Assembly (NCBI RefSeq): GCF_009914755.1
Contig: NC_060941.1
DNA: 64,000 nucleotides
Reading direction: 5' to 3' (one strand)
Source: the human T2T-CHM13v2.0 reference genome, Homo sapiens
Shown here: positions 55,918-64,000 of the stretch, one piece after another
Layout of the letters: every line of letters begins with the position of its first letter
Numbering within the stretch: position 1 is the stretch's first letter
Made by a program: the position numbers and the translations under genes
The notes under the pieces: generated by a model
What the model saw: only the letters and a program-made list of their open reading frames with translations
The model's database searches: none
What the model was told of the DNA's origin: nothing

Positions 55918-56115
55918 TTCTGGAGACCAGAATGTGCCTCCCCGAAATATGAAGAATTGTTGGGCTGAAGACAATTAAGAAGCAAGTGCAAGAGAGCTCC
56001 TTTCCTGCCTTCTGTTTCCCTAAAGCAAAACATAGATCTACAGAGACAAAGGCATCCTGTCCCGCCCCGTCCCAGGGAGGACAGCAGCAAGCCCCGAAGA
56101 CAGCTCCAGGCCCAA
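55918..56115 (+). mobile_element. ERV1 LTR fragment (MER34-like), followed by a MIR (~56125-56240)
   Basis: ggagaccagaatgtgcctcccgaaatatgaagaattgttgggctgaagacaattaagaagca resembles the remembered MER34A 5' end. Confidence 0.6.
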
Positions 56116-58860
56116 GCGAAGGTGTTTCCTTCATTTTATAGATGAAGTGACTGAGTCTCAGAGAGGTTAACTCACCTGCCCAAAGTCGCACAGCTAGGAG
56201 TGGCCGAGCCTGGAGGACAGAGCCGGGTCTGTGTGATGCCACCCCCAACTCTGCATCGGCTGGCGTGTGGAAGGACGTCCATCCCTTCACGTCCCTCTGC
56301 GTGTTTGTGAGTGCGATTCTGAGGAAAGTGACATGAGTTTTCTGCATCAAGATGCCTGGTCTCAAAGGGCGGGTTCCATGTGGACCTGACAAAATGAGGG
56401 GATGTGTACAGCATGGGAGGAGAGACCGGTTATTTTGACCCAAGCCCCGGGTGCCCAGTGGTAGGAGGAGTGCTGACCTTCTGTGTGATGCATGCCCACC
56501 AGGAAAACCTCAGAGGATTATCCCAGAAATCAGGCATAACCACACAAGGCTGCCTGTATTTGGAAACTGTCTTTCCTAGGGTGTTTTAACAAATTCACAG
56601 GAAGACACAATTTACAACCAGGCTAGGAAGTGACTCTGGGATTTCAGCATCTTTTCAGAGACAGAAAGATCCAGATGAGCTCAGGACAGTCGGGGGAAGG
56701 TGGTGGCAATCTCTGTCAGAACCGTGGAGTGTTCGTTGAAGATACTTCCACAGCAGGAGAGCTCCACGCCCCATCCTGGAAGCTCACCCTCCTCCCCTCC
56801 CACCCTCTTTAGGCCAGATTTTTGCAGAGAAGCTCCCTGATGAGATGCAGCGTGCAGGTGAGAGTGGCGTCTGGAGACAGCCTGGAGGCGGCCAGTGCCT
56901 CCGGAGGGAAGTGCTCCCCAACCCCGGCTCTGCTGGAGCCCGTCCTGCTTCCCCTTATTTTAGGAGCTGCTTTTCTCGATGTGGCAGGCCTTTCAGCAGC
57001 TTCTCAGGAGACTCTGCTTGGAGGTGGCTTCTCCCATGTGACTCCTGCAGCTGCCTCTCAGGAAAGGTCTGTCTGAAGGTCGGCCCTGACACCGGGAAGC
57101 CCACAGAAAATCTGTTTTGCAGAAGTGCTTCAAAAATAAACATGGGCTCAGATGTCTTTCTGATGGGCTTTGGAATCTGCCTGTTTAATAAAAAAGAATC
57201 TGCTTTTCATTATGTCATCAACATGTTGAATAAGAAAATGGGGAATTACCCCTCGCCTCGCTGTGGCCCCATCTCTCCCTGTGGTTTTTGTTTGCAGCCT
57301 CCAGAGTGGCCATTCCTGTCCATTGTTGTTGTTGACTGACTCCAGGAAGGGGCAATAATTTGTCGTTCTATAGTTCGTCAGGTAAAAGGTGAATTATCTC
57401 CTGTAATATTAACTCTGCTTACTGTTAAGTCAGGGAAACTTCCTCCCGAGTTCAACCCTACATTTACTTCACAAGTAAAGATGAGCAGAAGTCTGTACTA
57501 GGGGAACCATTAAATACGGAAGGACAGGATCCAAAGAGATGGCAGCACTGTGCATATGAACCATGTGATTTAGAAACCGAGCAGAGATTTTTAAAAATCA
57601 TTAAAAAACAAGCCGCCTCTGGTGGTTTTTAAAAAGCCAGTCAGCTTATGCAGGGGTGGAATTATGGAACTTTCTAGTTTCTATTGTCTCTCGGGTGCCA
57701 TGTTCACTCCAAACCATTTCGGTAACCCTGAGCCAGTATATCCTCCTGGAGAAATTAACAACTGCTTCCTTTAAGTCAATGTTTTTCAAAGTTCAAGTCA
57801 TGGTTGATTAGTGGCTATGAAACCAGTTAGGTGGGTCACAGCCAGCATTTTAAAAAAGAAGAAAATGTCATTGTTTTCATAGTAAGATAAGTGTTCCGTG
57901 GTCCTGTTGCTTGAACATGTATCTCTTTTTTGGTTTGCTTTTTTGTTTCTGTTGTTTGGAGGCATGGACAGGGTACGAACCTGTGAATATGTATCTTTAT
58001 ATGTGGTTGTGTATGTGTGTTTGTCTGGTCACCAAAAATATTCCTAGGGCTCATGATCAAACAAGTTGGAAAGCTTCTTATTTAAATGATCTCTACTCTT
58101 ATGTTAATTGGGGACCTAGACACACTGACCACCTTAATTGCCTATACTTTAGTTACCATCAGTGTTGTGAATACTTAGTCGTTTTCCAAGAACAACCTTG
58201 CCCCAAATCCCTGCTCTACCATCATCAGCCTTGTGCCATATTATGGTTTCCTATAATCTGTCCCATTTTTAATTAGGAATATTGCTTATACGTATATCTT
58301 TTTTCTTTGATTTTTTCTTTTTTTTAAATTCTCTTTTGCTTATACATATATCTTAACAGCCTCTTCTTTTCTTGTTGAAGAAATAATTTTGACAAGTTTT
58401 TACATTTTACTTTAAATTAAAAACTCATTTCCCTTTTGACCACATGCATTAACCCTCAGAACTGAAGAAGGCCAGATTAACCGTACCAACTCACCCTTCT
58501 TGGGAGAATGAAGCAAACCTTTTATCATCAAGATATGTCACCCTTTATCTCTGGTAATGCCTTTTGCCTTAGAGTCCACATTTTTAAAGTATCGTAGCTG
58601 AACAACTGTCTCTTGGTTAGTGTTTGCAGAATGCATCTTTTTTATCCATATGTATATAAGGTAGATCTCTTTTTGGCAATATAGTTAGCTTTTATTTAGT
58701 TTTGTTTTAAAATAGAGACAGAACATTTTTGGTTTTAATTAAAGTATTTAGTTTGTTTACATTTAGTGTAGTAATTGATATATTTGGGTTTAAGTCTGCC
58801 TCCTACTTGCTTCATCCTTTTTTTTTCCTGTTGCTTTTTATTCTAGCCACCCCACCACCC

Positions 58861-59178
<318 letters not shown>

Positions 59179-59289
59179 TAACTTTTCTTTTTTCTCCTCC
59201 CTTACCATCTTTTGAGTTGATTTAGCAATTTTATTACACCTTTCTTCTCTTCTGTTGGCTTGTTAATTTTATATTCTTTACTATACTTT

Positions 59290-59951
<662 letters not shown>

Positions 59952-60039
59952 AGAGTACCCTTTAGTACAGATCTGCTGGGAAAAAGTTCTCATTTTTATT
60001 TGTTTGAAAATGCCATCATTTCTCCTTTGTTTTCACGTT

Positions 60040-63020
<2,981 letters not shown>

Positions 63021-63027
63021 CTCTACC

Positions 63028-63566
63028 TGTGGGAGACAGCCACGCCCTCTCCAACAAGGCCTAAACCTCACTCTATCCACAGAACATAGCCACGCCCTCT
63101 CCAACAAGGCCTAAACCTCACTGTACCCACGGGACACAGCCACGCCCTCTCCAACAAGGCCTCAACCTCACTGTACCCACGGGACACAGCCACGCCCTCT
63201 CCAACAAGGCCTAAACCTCACTCTACCCAAGGGACACCGCCTCTCTCCAACAAGGCCTCAACCTCACTCTACCCAAGGGACACAACCACACCCTCTCTAA
63301 CAAGGCCTAAACCTCACTCCACCGGTGGGACACAGCCACAGCCTCTCCAACAAGGCCTCAACCTCACTGTACCCACGGGACACAGCCACGCCCTCTCCAA
63401 CAAGGCCTCAACCTCACTGTACCCACAGGACACAGCCACGCCCTCTCCAACAAGGCCTAAACCTCACTCCACCCGTGGGACACAGCCACAGCCTCTTTAA
63501 CAAGGCCTCGACCTCACTGTACCCACGGGACACAGCCACACCCTCTCGAACAAGGCCTCAACCTCA
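63028..63566. repeat. C-rich minisatellite (VNTR), 50-bp unit, about 11 copies
   Basis: Unit gggacacagccacgccctctccaacaaggcct(c/a)aacctcactgtacccac; one shortened unit near 63231. Confidence 0.96.
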
Positions 63567-64000
63567 GCCCTACCTGGGGCCTCCTCCAGGTGCTGGGATT
63601 ACAGGCATGAGCCACTGTGCCCAGCCCTTGATTTCTTAATATACTAAATTTTTAATTTCCAGGGTTTAAAAAGAATAGCTTCTAGTTTTCTTCCAAAATT
63701 GTTCACTTTGTCCTTTAATTCCTTATACATATTAAGTAAGATGATTGTCAAGTCTGTGCCTGGCGGCTCCATTATCCAAATCCTCTATCTCTGTCTTGTC
63801 AGCTGCTTTTCTTGGTTTCAAACATATATACAGTTTTCCAGTAATTACCTGTTTTTTTTTTTAATTGAATGCTACAAATTGAAAACGGAAATTGTACAGG
63901 TATTTGGGGTGATTTGAGGCTGTGAAGTCTGAATTGTTTTGAGTTTCTTTTTCCTCCTACGCGCCTTTTAGAGTCTCAGCTCAACAACTGAGGAGTTTCC

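Overview
Human (at least great-ape) genomic DNA from inside the RPTOR (Raptor, mTORC1 scaffold) gene, transcribed on the + strand. Two coding exons are present. The first is 5513-5688 (176 nt, VAAINPNH...PIKIALR[W]) and the second is 42961-43020 (60 nt, [W]FCMQKCVSLVPGVTLDLIE[K]). They join in frame across a ~37.3-kb intron and are probably exons 6 and 7 (numbering from memory). Everything else is intronic: GC-rich minisatellites at both ends, about 25 Alu elements or monomers, a young 5'-truncated L1PA, old L1M/L2/MIR fragments, MaLR/ERV solo LTRs and MER58/Tigger4a DNA transposons. Almost all ORFs in the supplied track are spurious; the exception is the L1 ORF2p C-terminus at 15889-16407. 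I see no evidence of a new gene system. The observations most worth checking are: (i) an L1 3' transduction of ~236 bp of foreign AT-rich DNA with its own poly(A) signal, tail and shared TSD; (ii) a complex interleaved (A-B...A'-B') inverted duplication at 8.2-9.4 kb; (iii) a second, PTC-generating splice acceptor 64 nt upstream of the 60-nt exon and a candidate poison exon at 32.2 kb; (iv) a perfect CLEAR palindrome overlapping a C/EBP-ATF-like site, and a phased AP-1 cluster; (v) a young AluYg6-like insertion next to the first exon. Repeat subfamily names are by eye against remembered consensus sequences, and repeat boundaries are approximate unless a TSD is quoted.
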